From a bacterium (GTDB lineage: Bacteria; Hydrothermota; Tepidihabitantia; Tepidihabitantales; Tepidihabitantaceae): a DNA stretch of 64,000 nt. The position numbers and the translations under genes are program-made. Where the stretch lies: NCBI GenBank assembly GCA_039793395.1, contig JBAMLV010000008.1, forward strand, positions 10,196-74,195, given 5' to 3'. Positions 46,316 through 54,943 of the stretch are shown in pieces. Each line of letters begins with the position of its first letter. Within the stretch, counting starts at the first letter, position 1. Under the pieces are notes generated by a model. That model had not been told where the DNA came from. It saw only the letters and a program-made list of their open reading frames with translations, and made no database searches.

Positions 46316-46754
46316 TGCGCCGGGCAAGTGCTGATGCCTGACCTGGCAGGTTCTTTTGACACCAGTTAACGGCCGAGGCAACTCTTGGTCCGAGTTGCTC
46401 CGGTGCGGGCACAAAATCCCGGCCGGTCCGAACCAGCGCCATAATCAGCCGCTCCTGCCTGACTGGTGAACCTGCTACTGCCCCGAGATTCACCCGGACC
46501 AGCAATCCCTCCGGGTCAACCGGTTCCAGCTCCTCAACCGCAAAACAACCGGACCGTTGCCGGAGTTCCTCGTTCAACTGCCGGCGGAGCACATCAATTT
46601 CTGTTCCCAGATGGCCGGGACCGAACACCCCCTGATAAATCAGTTTATAGATATCATCAGCCTGCAGCAGTGGATAGTGCCTTAAATGCCAGTCGAGAAT
46701 CTCATTCAGTTCCATCAACGCCGGACGGTAAAAATATGAACTCCAGCCCCTCAA
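46218..46754 (-). CDS. Hypothetical protein (178 aa)
   Basis: Non-repetitive composition. Convergent overlap with the nth 3' end. Confidence 0.35.
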   Translation of the reverse strand: MRGWSSYFYRPALMELNEILDWHLRHYPLLQADDIYKLIYQGVFGPGHLGTEIDVLRRQLNEELRQRSGCFAVEELEPVDPEGLLVRVNLGAVAGSPVRQERLIMALVRTGRDFVPAPEQLGPRVASAVNWCQKNLPGQASALARRIRDKWGVPVHSEIYRRVYQPAYRVIFAHLWQP

Positions 46755-47244
46755 TCAATAGCCCCAAAAAACCGCCCTGCATCGCCCCGAGCAAAAATTG
46801 GCTGCGTAATTGATGAGCAATCAGCCCCTGCTGTGCCCGCACCCGGAAAAGAATCATTACCAGCAGATAACCAAGTCCGACCAAAAGCGCCATCAGCAGA
46901 AACTTCCCGAACCGCACCCTTTGCCACCAGCGAAAAATCGCACCAGCAGTGAGAAATGACATTCCGACCGGAAATGCCCAAATTGCCGCCCGCACCACCG
47001 TCTCGGTCCTCAGGGGCGGCATAAGCGCCAGTTGAAGAAAGAACAAAAGCACCACCATCATCATTCCGTAACCAAACCCCCGCAGCCTGATCCCGGCATA
47101 GATCAGCCCGCTGGCAAACCCGACCACCAGAAATGGCAAAAGCTGGGGCGCTCCCGGCAGCAGTCGCCAGTTGAGCCAGCCTGCTGCCGCACCGCAGCCG
47201 AGATAACCCAGCGTCCAGAGGCTTTCCCGCAGACCCGCGCTCAC
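46702..47244 (-). CDS. Hypothetical integral membrane protein (180 aa)
   Basis: Multiple hydrophobic helices. The alternative overlapping frame 46751..47353 looks like noise. Confidence 0.35.
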   Translation of the reverse strand: MSAGLRESLWTLGYLGCGAAAGWLNWRLLPGAPQLLPFLVVGFASGLIYAGIRLRGFGYGMMMVVLLFFLQLALMPPLRTETVVRAAIWAFPVGMSFLTAGAIFRWWQRVRFGKFLLMALLVGLGYLLVMILFRVRAQQGLIAHQLRSQFLLGAMQGGFLGLLIEGLEFIFLPSGVDGTE

Positions 47245-47340
47245 AGCAAATACTGCCCCAATTCACTACCAAAGTCAACCCTGCCCGCACCTTCTGAATT
47301 TTGACTTTTTTTGCCCTGCGGGTATCAATATAAACACCAT

Positions 47341-48132
47341 ATGGCAGCCCCATTTTCCCGCTTCGCCCGCTTTTATGACCGATTTATGGAGCAACTGGTT
47401 GACTATCCACAATGGGTGGATTATGTTGAGCGCATCTTCAACAGGTTCTGCCGCCGCCAGCCCCGGGTCATCCTTGACCTTGCCTGTGGGACCGGCATCC
47501 CCTCAATCCTTTTTGCCCGGCGCGGCTATCAGGTGATTGGCGTTGACCGTTCTGCCGAGATGCTGGCGGTCCTGGAAGCAAAAAAGGGCGACCTGCCAAT
47601 CAAACTAATCAAAGCCGACATCCGGGACTTCACCCTGCCGGAACCAGTCCACGCTGCCTTCTCCCTTTACGACAGCATCAACTACCTGCTGACCGAGGAG
47701 GACCTCATCCGCTGTTTCCGGTGTGTGCGCCGGGCGCTGATGCCTGATGGTTTATTTGTGTTTGATATGAACACCGTCTATGGCCTAAAGCGACAGTGGG
47801 GCACCCGCACCCTGACCCGGGAGAATGATCAGATCATTTCCATCTGGCAGTGCCGGTTTGACCGCCGGACAATGATTTCCCATCTCCATCTGGAATTCTG
47901 GGAAAAACTGCCGGACGGCACCACCGGTCCCGGATATCAGGAGGAGCATCGCGAACGGGCATACACCACCGGTGAGGTGCGTTCAGCACTGCACGAAGCC
48001 GGATTTAACCGCATCCGCTTTTTCCATCACGGCACCCTGCTGCCGGTCAGCCCTTTTTCGGTCCGGATGATGGTCGTCGCCAGCGTCAGACCGCGGGCAG
48101 ATTTGCAATCCGGCGCTCAATTGTTAAAATAA
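47341..48132 (+). CDS. Class I SAM-dependent methyltransferase
   Basis: ILDLACGTGIPSILFARRGYQVIGVDRSAEML (motif I, GxGxG). ATG at 47341 is preferred over the track start 47311. Confidence 0.75.
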   Translation: MAAPFSRFARFYDRFMEQLVDYPQWVDYVERIFNRFCRRQPRVILDLACGTGIPSILFARRGYQVIGVDRSAEMLAVLEAKKGDLPIKLIKADIRDFTLPEPVHAAFSLYDSINYLLTEEDLIRCFRCVRRALMPDGLFVFDMNTVYGLKRQWGTRTLTRENDQIISIWQCRFDRRTMISHLHLEFWEKLPDGTTGPGYQEEHRERAYTTGEVRSALHEAGFNRIRFFHHGTLLPVSPFSVRMMVVASVRPRADLQSGAQLLK

Positions 48133-48136
48133 CCCT

Positions 48137-49405
48137 GTGCGGATTATCGCCGACTTACACATTCATTCCCGGTTCTCCCGGGCAACCAGTTCCGATATGG
48201 ACATTCCGGCAATCGCCCGGGCGGCAAAACAGAAAGGCATTAAACTGGTTGCGACCGGTGACTTCACCCATCCCGAATACTTTGCCTCACTAAAAAAACA
48301 CCTCCGGGATGCAGGTAATGGCCTTTACACCTTTGACGATGTCCACTTTATTGTCAACACCGAAGTAAACAATATCTACTCGGCTGCTGGCAGACTGCGC
48401 CGGATCCATAACCTGATTTTCGTCCCGAGTCTGGAAAGCGCGGCCGGGGTCTCGGGTCTGTTGAGCAAGTACGGTAAACTTGATGCCGACGGCCGGCCCA
48501 GTGTCAGCATCTCCTGTTATGAAATGCTCGCCCGGATTATGGAGATTGAACCCAGAGCATTTATCGTGCCGGCACACATCTGGACGCCGTGGTTTTCCCT
48601 TTACGGCTCCCATTCCGGCTTTGACTCCTTTGCCGAGTGCTTCGGCGACCTGGCGGATGAGGTTTTTGCCGTGGAAACCGGCCTCTCCTCAGACCCGCCG
48701 ATGAACTGGCGCATTTCCGAACTGGACCACAAAACCCTCATCTCCAATTCCGACGCCCATTCTCCGAGCCGGTTGGGCCGCGAAGCAAATGTGTTTGACT
48801 GTGAACTGAATTACGACACCATCCGGGAGGTGCTGAAAACCGGGGACCGGAAACGGTTTTTGTTTACGATTGAATTTTTCCCCGAGGAGGGCAAATACCA
48901 CTATGATGGCCATCGGAGTTGTGGGGTCCGCGTTTCGCCAGCCGAATCAATCCTGTCCGGTGACATCTGTCCGGTGTGTGGACGAAAACTGACCATCGGG
49001 GTACTGCACCGGGTGGAACAGCTGGCAGACCGGAAAGTTGATAATCTGCCCCGCGACCGGATTCCCTTCCGCCATCTGGTGCCACTGGAAGAGATTATCG
49101 CCGAAGCGCTGAAGTTGGGCCGGGAGACCGCGGGTGTTGCCCGGAAGTATGAGGAACTGGTAACCGGTCTGGCACCGGAGTTTGAAATTCTCTTGGATGT
49201 GCCGATCAGTGAAATTGCCCGCTATGATGAACTAATTGCGCAAGGGGTGGAGCGGATGCGCCGGGGTGAAATTATAGTTGAACCCGGGTTTGACGGCGTA
49301 TTCGGGACGGTCCAGGTACTGCCCGGAGCAGGGATTGCTTCGGCGCCTTCAGAGCCTCGGAATGACGAGGGGAAAAATGGTAGGCAGTTGAAACTTTTTG
49401 GCTGA
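48137..49405 (+). CDS. PHP-domain nuclease resembling endonuclease Q (EndoQ)
   Basis: MRIIADLHIHSRFSRATS (PHP His motif), about 420 aa, zinc-finger-like CPVCGRKLTIGVLHRVEQLAD. The C-terminal 25 aa (GAGIASAPSEPRNDEG...) are encoded by a dispersed-repeat copy. Confidence 0.55.
   Translation: MRIIADLHIHSRFSRATSSDMDIPAIARAAKQKGIKLVATGDFTHPEYFASLKKHLRDAGNGLYTFDDVHFIVNTEVNNIYSAAGRLRRIHNLIFVPSLESAAGVSGLLSKYGKLDADGRPSVSISCYEMLARIMEIEPRAFIVPAHIWTPWFSLYGSHSGFDSFAECFGDLADEVFAVETGLSSDPPMNWRISELDHKTLISNSDAHSPSRLGREANVFDCELNYDTIREVLKTGDRKRFLFTIEFFPEEGKYHYDGHRSCGVRVSPAESILSGDICPVCGRKLTIGVLHRVEQLADRKVDNLPRDRIPFRHLVPLEEIIAEALKLGRETAGVARKYEELVTGLAPEFEILLDVPISEIARYDELIAQGVERMRRGEIIVEPGFDGVFGTVQVLPGAGIASAPSEPRNDEGKNGRQLKLFG
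49331..49370. repeat. Dispersed palindromic repeat copy inside the 3' end of the EndoQ-like gene
   Basis: GGGATTGCTTCGGCGCCTTCAGAGCCTCGGAATGACGAGG. Confidence 0.7.
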
Positions 49406-49908
49406 TGAAAAATCTCTGGGCACCCTGGCGCGCCGAGTACATTATGAATAACGCTCAGTGCCGTCATCACCGCTGTCTTTTCTGTCTTTTAAAAAAATGC
49501 ACCGCTGACCGGAAAAATCTGATTCTTTACCGGGGTAAAACCGCACTGGTGGTGATGAACCGTTTTCCCTATAACAGCGGCCATTTGATGGTTGCGCCGC
49601 TGCGCCACACCGCCCAACTGGAATCGTTGCCCGCGGATGAAGGTGCTGAATTGCTGGAATTGATTCAGGCGTGCATCCGGATACTCAAAAAGGAGTACCG
49701 GCCCCAGGGGTTTAATCTCGGTGCCAATCTCGGTGCGGTTGCCGGTGCCGGAGTTGCCCGCCACCTTCACTTCCACATCGTTCCCCGCTGGCAGGGTGAT
49801 ACCAACTTTATGCCGGTGATGAGCGAAACCAAGGTGGTAAGCGAGCATCTGCTCACCACCTATGACCGGCTCCTTCCCTATTTTTCCCGTATCGCTGATA
49901 GGCGGTGA
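49405..49908 (+). CDS. HIT-family hydrolase
   Basis: HLHFHIVPR histidine triad. ATGA overlap with the preceding gene. Confidence 0.75.
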   Translation: MKNLWAPWRAEYIMNNAQCRHHRCLFCLLKKCTADRKNLILYRGKTALVVMNRFPYNSGHLMVAPLRHTAQLESLPADEGAELLELIQACIRILKKEYRPQGFNLGANLGAVAGAGVARHLHFHIVPRWQGDTNFMPVMSETKVVSEHLLTTYDRLLPYFSRIADRR

Positions 49909-49911
49909 ATA

Positions 49912-50598
49912 ATGGTCCGGGCGGTGGTGTTTGATGTTGACAACACATTGGTGGACTTCAATAAGTGGAAGGAGGCGGCGGTTGATGCGGCGGTAATGGC
50001 AATGATTGACGCGGGGCTGGATTTGAGCCCGGAGGCGGCAAAGAAAAAAATCTATCAGATTTACGAAGCCAAGGGCATTGAGTATCAGGAGGTATTTAAC
50101 GATTTTCTGAAGGCGGTGTTAGGCTATATTGATTACCGGATTTTAGCCAGCGGTATTATCGCCTATCGCCGGGCACGGGAGGGTGCGCTTGTCCCCTATC
50201 CCCATGTTCACCTTGCACTGCTCCGGCTCTTCCGGATGGGCTTGAAACTGGCGGTAGTTTCCGACGCCCCCCGGCTGCAGGTCTGGATGCGGCTGGTCTC
50301 ACTGAATGTTGACCGCTTCTTTGATGTGGTGGTCACCTTTGACGACACCGGCAGGCGCAAACCGGCGCGGGAGCCATTTGAAAAGACACTGGAACTGCTC
50401 CAGGTCCAGCCGTCAGCGGCAATTATGGTTGGCGACTGGGCAGAGCGGGACATCGTCGGCGCCAAGGAACTGGGCATGATTACCGTCTTTGCCCGTTATG
50501 GCGACTCCTTTGGCACCGTCAATTCCGGTGCCGACTACGAAATCAACGACATATTGGAAATCGTGCCGATAGTTGAGCGGCTGAACAGCACAACCTGA
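49912..50598 (+). CDS. HAD-superfamily hydrolase (subfamily IA-like)
   Basis: VVFDVDNTLVDF motif I. ...MVGDWAERDIVGAKELGM motif IV. Confidence 0.8.
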   Translation: MVRAVVFDVDNTLVDFNKWKEAAVDAAVMAMIDAGLDLSPEAAKKKIYQIYEAKGIEYQEVFNDFLKAVLGYIDYRILASGIIAYRRAREGALVPYPHVHLALLRLFRMGLKLAVVSDAPRLQVWMRLVSLNVDRFFDVVVTFDDTGRRKPAREPFEKTLELLQVQPSAAIMVGDWAERDIVGAKELGMITVFARYGDSFGTVNSGADYEINDILEIVPIVERLNSTT

Positions 50599-50630
50599 AC
50601 CGCAGATGCGCAAATCACCAGCACCGCGGC

Positions 50631-50673
50631 CGAGATTGCTTCGGCGCCTTCGGAACCTCGCAATAACCAGAGG
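50631..50673. repeat. Dispersed palindromic repeat copy (GAGATTGCTTCGGCGCCTTCGGAACCTCGCAATAACCAGAGG)
   Basis: Intergenic between the HAD hydrolase and acpS. Confidence 0.7.
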
Positions 50674-50679
50674 AAAAAG

Positions 50680-51099
50680 GTGGCAATCTTCGGTATTGGC
50701 ATTGACCTGATTGAAGTCAGCCGGATCCGGCAGGCGATTGAAAAGTATGGCTTTCGCTTCACCACCCGGATTTTCACCCCGGCTGAAATCGCCTTCTGCG
50801 AAAAACTGAAGGACAAATACCCATCCTATGCCGGCAGGTTTGCTGCCAAGGAGGCTTTTTCCAAGGCACTGGGCACCGGTATCCGGGGTACCATTTCCTG
50901 GCTGGAGATTGAAATCTGTGACAATGAGCGCACCCGGCCGACCATTCTCCTGAACGGCAGGGCACGGGCACTGGTGGGCAACCGCGCCGTCCATCTCAGC
51001 CTCACCCACCTTAAGGACTATGCCGCAGCGGTGGTGGTCATCACTGAAGATCCGATGCCAGCCGGTGGCTCACCAATCAGTTGTAATTCCAACTTTTGA
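50680..51099 (+). CDS. acpS: Holo-[acyl-carrier-protein] synthase
   Basis: FGIGIDLIEVSRI...FAAKEAFSKALGTG...SLTH. GTG start with AGGAAAAAGG Shine-Dalgarno. Confidence 0.88.
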   Translation: MAIFGIGIDLIEVSRIRQAIEKYGFRFTTRIFTPAEIAFCEKLKDKYPSYAGRFAAKEAFSKALGTGIRGTISWLEIEICDNERTRPTILLNGRARALVGNRAVHLSLTHLKDYAAAVVVITEDPMPAGGSPISCNSNF

Positions 51100-51139
51100 A
51101 ATTGACTTTTAATCCGGTTCGGCTATTCTCAACCCCCTG

Positions 51140-53155
51140 ATGGCAACAAAAAAGGACCTGCTGATTGTTGAATCACCAACCAAGGCCCACACCATCACCC
51201 AACTGCTCAAGGGTAGACTCCGGGTGCTGTCCTCCCGGGGCCATATTGCCGACCTGCCCCGCTCCCGACTCGGAGTGAACATTGAAAACGGATTTGAGCC
51301 CGAATACATCCGCATCCGGGGCAAGGCAAAGATTATCAATGAATTAAAGGCTGGAGCCCGGGCGGCAAAATTGGTATATCTCGGGACCGACCCGGACCGG
51401 GAAGGTGAAGCCATCGCCTATTCGGTTGCCCAGGAGATTAAAAACGGTGCCGAAATCAAACGGGTGCTGTTTTATGAAATCACGCCCCGGGGAATTGCCG
51501 AAGCCTTCAAATCCCCGGGGGAAATTGACCAGCGGAAGGTGGATGCCCATCGGGCAAGAAGGGTAATGGACCGGCTGGTCGGGTACTTGGTTTCACCGCT
51601 GCTCTGGCGCACGGTGCGCGCCGGCAGGTCCGCGGGCCGAGTCCAGACGGTTGCCCTGCGGATTCTGGTTGAACGGGAACGGGAAATTCAGCAGTTCGTG
51701 CCCCGGGAATACTGGCTCATCCGGGCGGTATTTCAGAATCCCGGAACTGCTTCGGCGCCTCGCAATGACCGGGGGAATGAGCCATTTGAAGCCGTGCTGA
51801 TTAAAATTGACGGCGCGGATGCGAAAATCACCGGTGCCGGTGAAATGGAACAGGTGCGCACCCGCGCGCAGAATGCCGAATTCCGGGTGGAAAAGGTCAC
51901 CAGCCGGGAAAAGCATAAGAAACCACTGCCCCCTTTTGTTACCGCCACCCTGCTCAAGGAGGCGGGGCAGGTCCTGAAGTTCAACTCCCGGCGGACGATG
52001 CAGATTGCCCAGCAACTGTTTGAAGGGGTTGCACTGGAAAAGGAGAGCGTTGGCCTCATCACCTATCCGCGCACCGACTCCTTCCGGATTGCCGAAGACA
52101 TCATTCAGGAAACCAGAAAACTCATCACCGAAAAATATGGCGCGCCGTTCCTTTCGGAAAAACCCCGGCGCTATCCAGACCGCAAGGGCACTCAGGGCGC
52201 GCACGAAGCCATCCGGCCCACCCGGGTTGAACTGCAACCGGAAACAGTAAAAAGGTATCTGACCCCGGACCAGTTCAAACTCTACCAGTTGATTTACCAC
52301 CGGTTTATTGCCAGTCAGATGGCAGATGCCCGGTACCAGCAAACCGAAGTGCTCATCACCGGCGACGGATTGACCTTTCGTGCCGAAGCGGTCCGACGCC
52401 TGTTTGCGGGTTTTGAACAGGTTTACGGTGAACCGGAAAAAGAGAAGTCTCTGCCAGAACTGCATCCTGATGATTTGGTAAAATTGGTGGCGTTCATTCC
52501 CGAGCAGAAGTGGACCCAGCCGCCACCCCGCTACACCGAAGCCACCCTGATCAAACGACTGGAGGTCAACGGGATCGGCCGGCCTTCGACCTATGCCACG
52601 ATCGTCCCCACCCTGCTGGAGCGCAAATATGTGGCACGGCAACAGGGCAGACTGGTGCCGACCGAACTGGGAATGGTTGTCTATGACATCCTGATTCCCC
52701 GCTTTGCCAGCATATTTGAAATCGGATTTACCCGGGAAATGGAGCAGGAACTGGACCGGATTGAGGAGGGGACTGAAGACTGGCGGGCGGTGGTCGCCCG
52801 GTTTTATCAGCCGTTCCGGCAGGATCTGGACCAGGCACTTGCTCAGAGCGATGACATCCGCGAAGACCTTGCCCGTCCGCTTAATGAAACCTGTCCCAAA
52901 TGTGGCAAACCACTGGTTGAACGCTGGGGCAGGTTCGGCAAATTTATCGCCTGCACTGACTATCCGAATTGCGACTATGTTCAGAAGCCGGCGCAGAAAC
53001 TACTCTCAGAAAAATGTCCCGAATGTGGCAAGCCACTGGTTGAACGCCAGGGCAGATTTGGCAAGTTCATCGCCTGTTCCGGCTATCCGGAATGCCGGTT
53101 TATTAAAAAGGTAAAGCGATCAAAAGCCGGAGAGCAACCAGCGGAGGAGAAATGA
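51140..53155 (+). CDS. topA: DNA topoisomerase I (Toprim, topo IA core, two C-terminal zinc ribbons)
   Basis: LLIVESPTKAHTI Toprim. PYTTSTLQ-like core. CPKCGKPLVERWGRFGKFIACTDYPNCDY and a second CPECGKPLVERQGRFGKFIACSGYPEC ribbon. TTGACT-16-TATTCT promoter 10 nt upstream. Confidence 0.9.
   Translation: MATKKDLLIVESPTKAHTITQLLKGRLRVLSSRGHIADLPRSRLGVNIENGFEPEYIRIRGKAKIINELKAGARAAKLVYLGTDPDREGEAIAYSVAQEIKNGAEIKRVLFYEITPRGIAEAFKSPGEIDQRKVDAHRARRVMDRLVGYLVSPLLWRTVRAGRSAGRVQTVALRILVEREREIQQFVPREYWLIRAVFQNPGTASAPRNDRGNEPFEAVLIKIDGADAKITGAGEMEQVRTRAQNAEFRVEKVTSREKHKKPLPPFVTATLLKEAGQVLKFNSRRTMQIAQQLFEGVALEKESVGLITYPRTDSFRIAEDIIQETRKLITEKYGAPFLSEKPRRYPDRKGTQGAHEAIRPTRVELQPETVKRYLTPDQFKLYQLIYHRFIASQMADARYQQTEVLITGDGLTFRAEAVRRLFAGFEQVYGEPEKEKSLPELHPDDLVKLVAFIPEQKWTQPPPRYTEATLIKRLEVNGIGRPSTYATIVPTLLERKYVARQQGRLVPTELGMVVYDILIPRFASIFEIGFTREMEQELDRIEEGTEDWRAVVARFYQPFRQDLDQALAQSDDIREDLARPLNETCPKCGKPLVERWGRFGKFIACTDYPNCDYVQKPAQKLLSEKCPECGKPLVERQGRFGKFIACSGYPECRFIKKVKRSKAGEQPAEEK
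51743..51775. repeat. Shortened dispersed-repeat copy in-frame inside topA (encodes GTASAPRNDRG)
   Basis: GGAACTGCTTCGGCGCCTCGCAATGACCGGGGG is the same core minus the central 9 nt. Confidence 0.6.
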
Positions 53156-53571
53156 AATATCGGAAAAATGGCTCATACTATCAGTTGCGCCTGGAACGGG
53201 GCGAGGAAATCATCCCGACCCTCACCACTTTTGTCCGGGAATGCCGGATAAAATCTGGTGTCCTGTTCGGACTCGGTGCCGGCACCGATCTGGAACTGGG
53301 CTGTTACAACCTGAAAAAACAGGCCTATCACCGGCGTCGGTTCCCGGGGGAATACGAAATCTGCAGTCTGGTGGGCAACATCGCCTGGGTGGACAACGAG
53401 CCGGTTCTGCACATCCATACGGTCATCAGCAACGAGCGACTCACCACCTGGTCAGGGCATCTGTTTGCCGGCAGAGTTGCCGCCACCTGTGAAATTGCGG
53501 TTCTGCCCGGGGTGAGAAAACTGCTCCGCCAACTTGAACCCGACTCCGGACTGAGACTGCTCCAGCTTTAG
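53152..53571 (+). CDS. PPC/DUF296-domain DNA-binding protein
   Basis: ...ICSLVGNIAWVDNEPVLHIHTVISNERLTTWSGHLF... fits the PPC (DUF296) pattern. ATGA overlap with the topA stop. Confidence 0.6.
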   Translation: MKYRKNGSYYQLRLERGEEIIPTLTTFVRECRIKSGVLFGLGAGTDLELGCYNLKKQAYHRRRFPGEYEICSLVGNIAWVDNEPVLHIHTVISNERLTTWSGHLFAGRVAATCEIAVLPGVRKLLRQLEPDSGLRLLQL

Positions 53572-53644
53572 ACCTGGTCGCGCCAGGTGCCAGACCGATG
53601 TGCAAAAAAGAGCCCCGGACTCCTCAGTGATTCCGCTTAAACAG

Positions 53645-53713
53645 GTTGCGAGCGAAGCGAAGCAATCCCACGTAGAGGGATTGCTTCGGCGCTATCGCTC
53701 CTCGCAATGACAC
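53645..53713. repeat. Two inverted copies of the dispersed repeat forming a long hairpin (GCGAGCGAAGCGAAGCAATCCC ... GGGATTGCTTCGGCGCT...CTCGCAATGAC)
   Basis: Intergenic between the PPC gene and the aminotransferase gene. Confidence 0.7.
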
Positions 53714-53761
53714 AAGAAGGTATTGACTTCTACCTTCAGCAAGGTAAAAATCTTAAAATAA

Positions 53762-54940
53762 ATGAAAAACACCTTTGCCCCGCGACTGAAGCGCATCCCG
53801 GCTTACCTTTTTTCTGAACTGGACAGGCTCAAGGCACAACTCTCCGGGAGAGTAATTGATCTGGGCGAAGGTAATCCCGATTTACCCCCACCGCACCGGC
53901 TGACTGCCCGGCTGCGCCAGGCGCTGACCAGACCGGAAAACCATCGCTATCCCACCTATGCCGGCAAATTGAGCCTGCGGCTTCAGGTCGCAAAATGGTA
54001 CCGTCAGCGCTTCGGCGTCACCATTGACCCGGAAAAGGAAACGCTAATTTTGCTTGGCTCCAAGGAAGGTGCGGGCCATCTCATCTGGGCACTGTGCGAC
54101 ATTGGGGATACGGTCGGTGTCGCTGACCCGGGCTATCCGGTTTATCTCAACAACATCCTGCTGAGCGGTGCCAGCCCGGCAATTGTTCCCCTTGAGGAAA
54201 AAAACGGCTTTCTGCCTGACCTGGACCTGCTGGACCGCATTGGACCCCGGCTGAAATTACTCTGCCTGAACTTTCCCAACAACCCGACCGCTGCGGTCGC
54301 ACCGCTGGAATTTTATCACGCGGTTGTCCGGCTGGCACTCAAACACGGCTTTTATATCGTAAACGACAATGTCTATTCTGAAATCTGGTTTGACTCGCCG
54401 CCGCCGAGCATCCTTCAGGTCCCGGATGCCCGCCACTGTGCGGTTGAACTGCACTCCCTTTCCAAGACCTTCTCCATCCCCGGCTGGCGGATTGGTATGG
54501 CGGTTGGTAATTCGGATATGCTCCGTGCGCTGCTAAAAATCAAGCAGAACATTGACTCCGGACCGTTCGGTGCGGTTCAGGATGCTGCCGCCTATGCGCT
54601 GAAAAACTTCCGCCAGCTTGCCACGCCAGTGCGCCAGACCTATGCCCGGCGTCAACAGACCTTTGTCGAACGCTTGAACGCTGCCGGCTGGCAGCTCGCC
54701 CCTTCCCGTGCCACCTTCTACCTCTGGGCAAAACTACCCGACCGCTGGCGGCTACGGCATCAGGGCTCCCGCTCGTTTGCCTTTGTCCTCGCCCTGCTGG
54801 AAAACTGCCGGGTGGTAGCGGCACCAGGTGCCGGTTTTGGCACCGGCGGCGAAGGCTATGTCCGCTTTGCACTGGTCGCTCCTGAAGTCCGACTGAAAAC
54901 CGCAGCCCGGCGCATCAGCCGGTGGCTGAAAACGGTGTAA
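53762..54940 (+). CDS. Class I/II PLP-dependent aminotransferase (possibly LL-diaminopimelate aminotransferase DapL-type)
   Basis: SKTFSIPGWRIG Lys motif. N-terminal ...IPAYLFSELDRLKAQL resembles the DapL N-terminus. Adjacent to lysC. Confidence 0.6.
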   Translation: MKNTFAPRLKRIPAYLFSELDRLKAQLSGRVIDLGEGNPDLPPPHRLTARLRQALTRPENHRYPTYAGKLSLRLQVAKWYRQRFGVTIDPEKETLILLGSKEGAGHLIWALCDIGDTVGVADPGYPVYLNNILLSGASPAIVPLEEKNGFLPDLDLLDRIGPRLKLLCLNFPNNPTAAVAPLEFYHAVVRLALKHGFYIVNDNVYSEIWFDSPPPSILQVPDARHCAVELHSLSKTFSIPGWRIGMAVGNSDMLRALLKIKQNIDSGPFGAVQDAAAYALKNFRQLATPVRQTYARRQQTFVERLNAAGWQLAPSRATFYLWAKLPDRWRLRHQGSRSFAFVLALLENCRVVAAPGAGFGTGGEGYVRFALVAPEVRLKTAARRISRWLKTV

Positions 54941-54943
54941 CCA

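Noticed and set aside
46751-47353. 200-aa minus-strand ORF in an alternative frame to 46702..47244.
   Set aside because: Ala/Gly/Arg-rich noise. The other frame gives a plausible multi-TM protein.
51593-52642. 349-aa minus-strand ORF.
   Set aside because: Antisense to topA.
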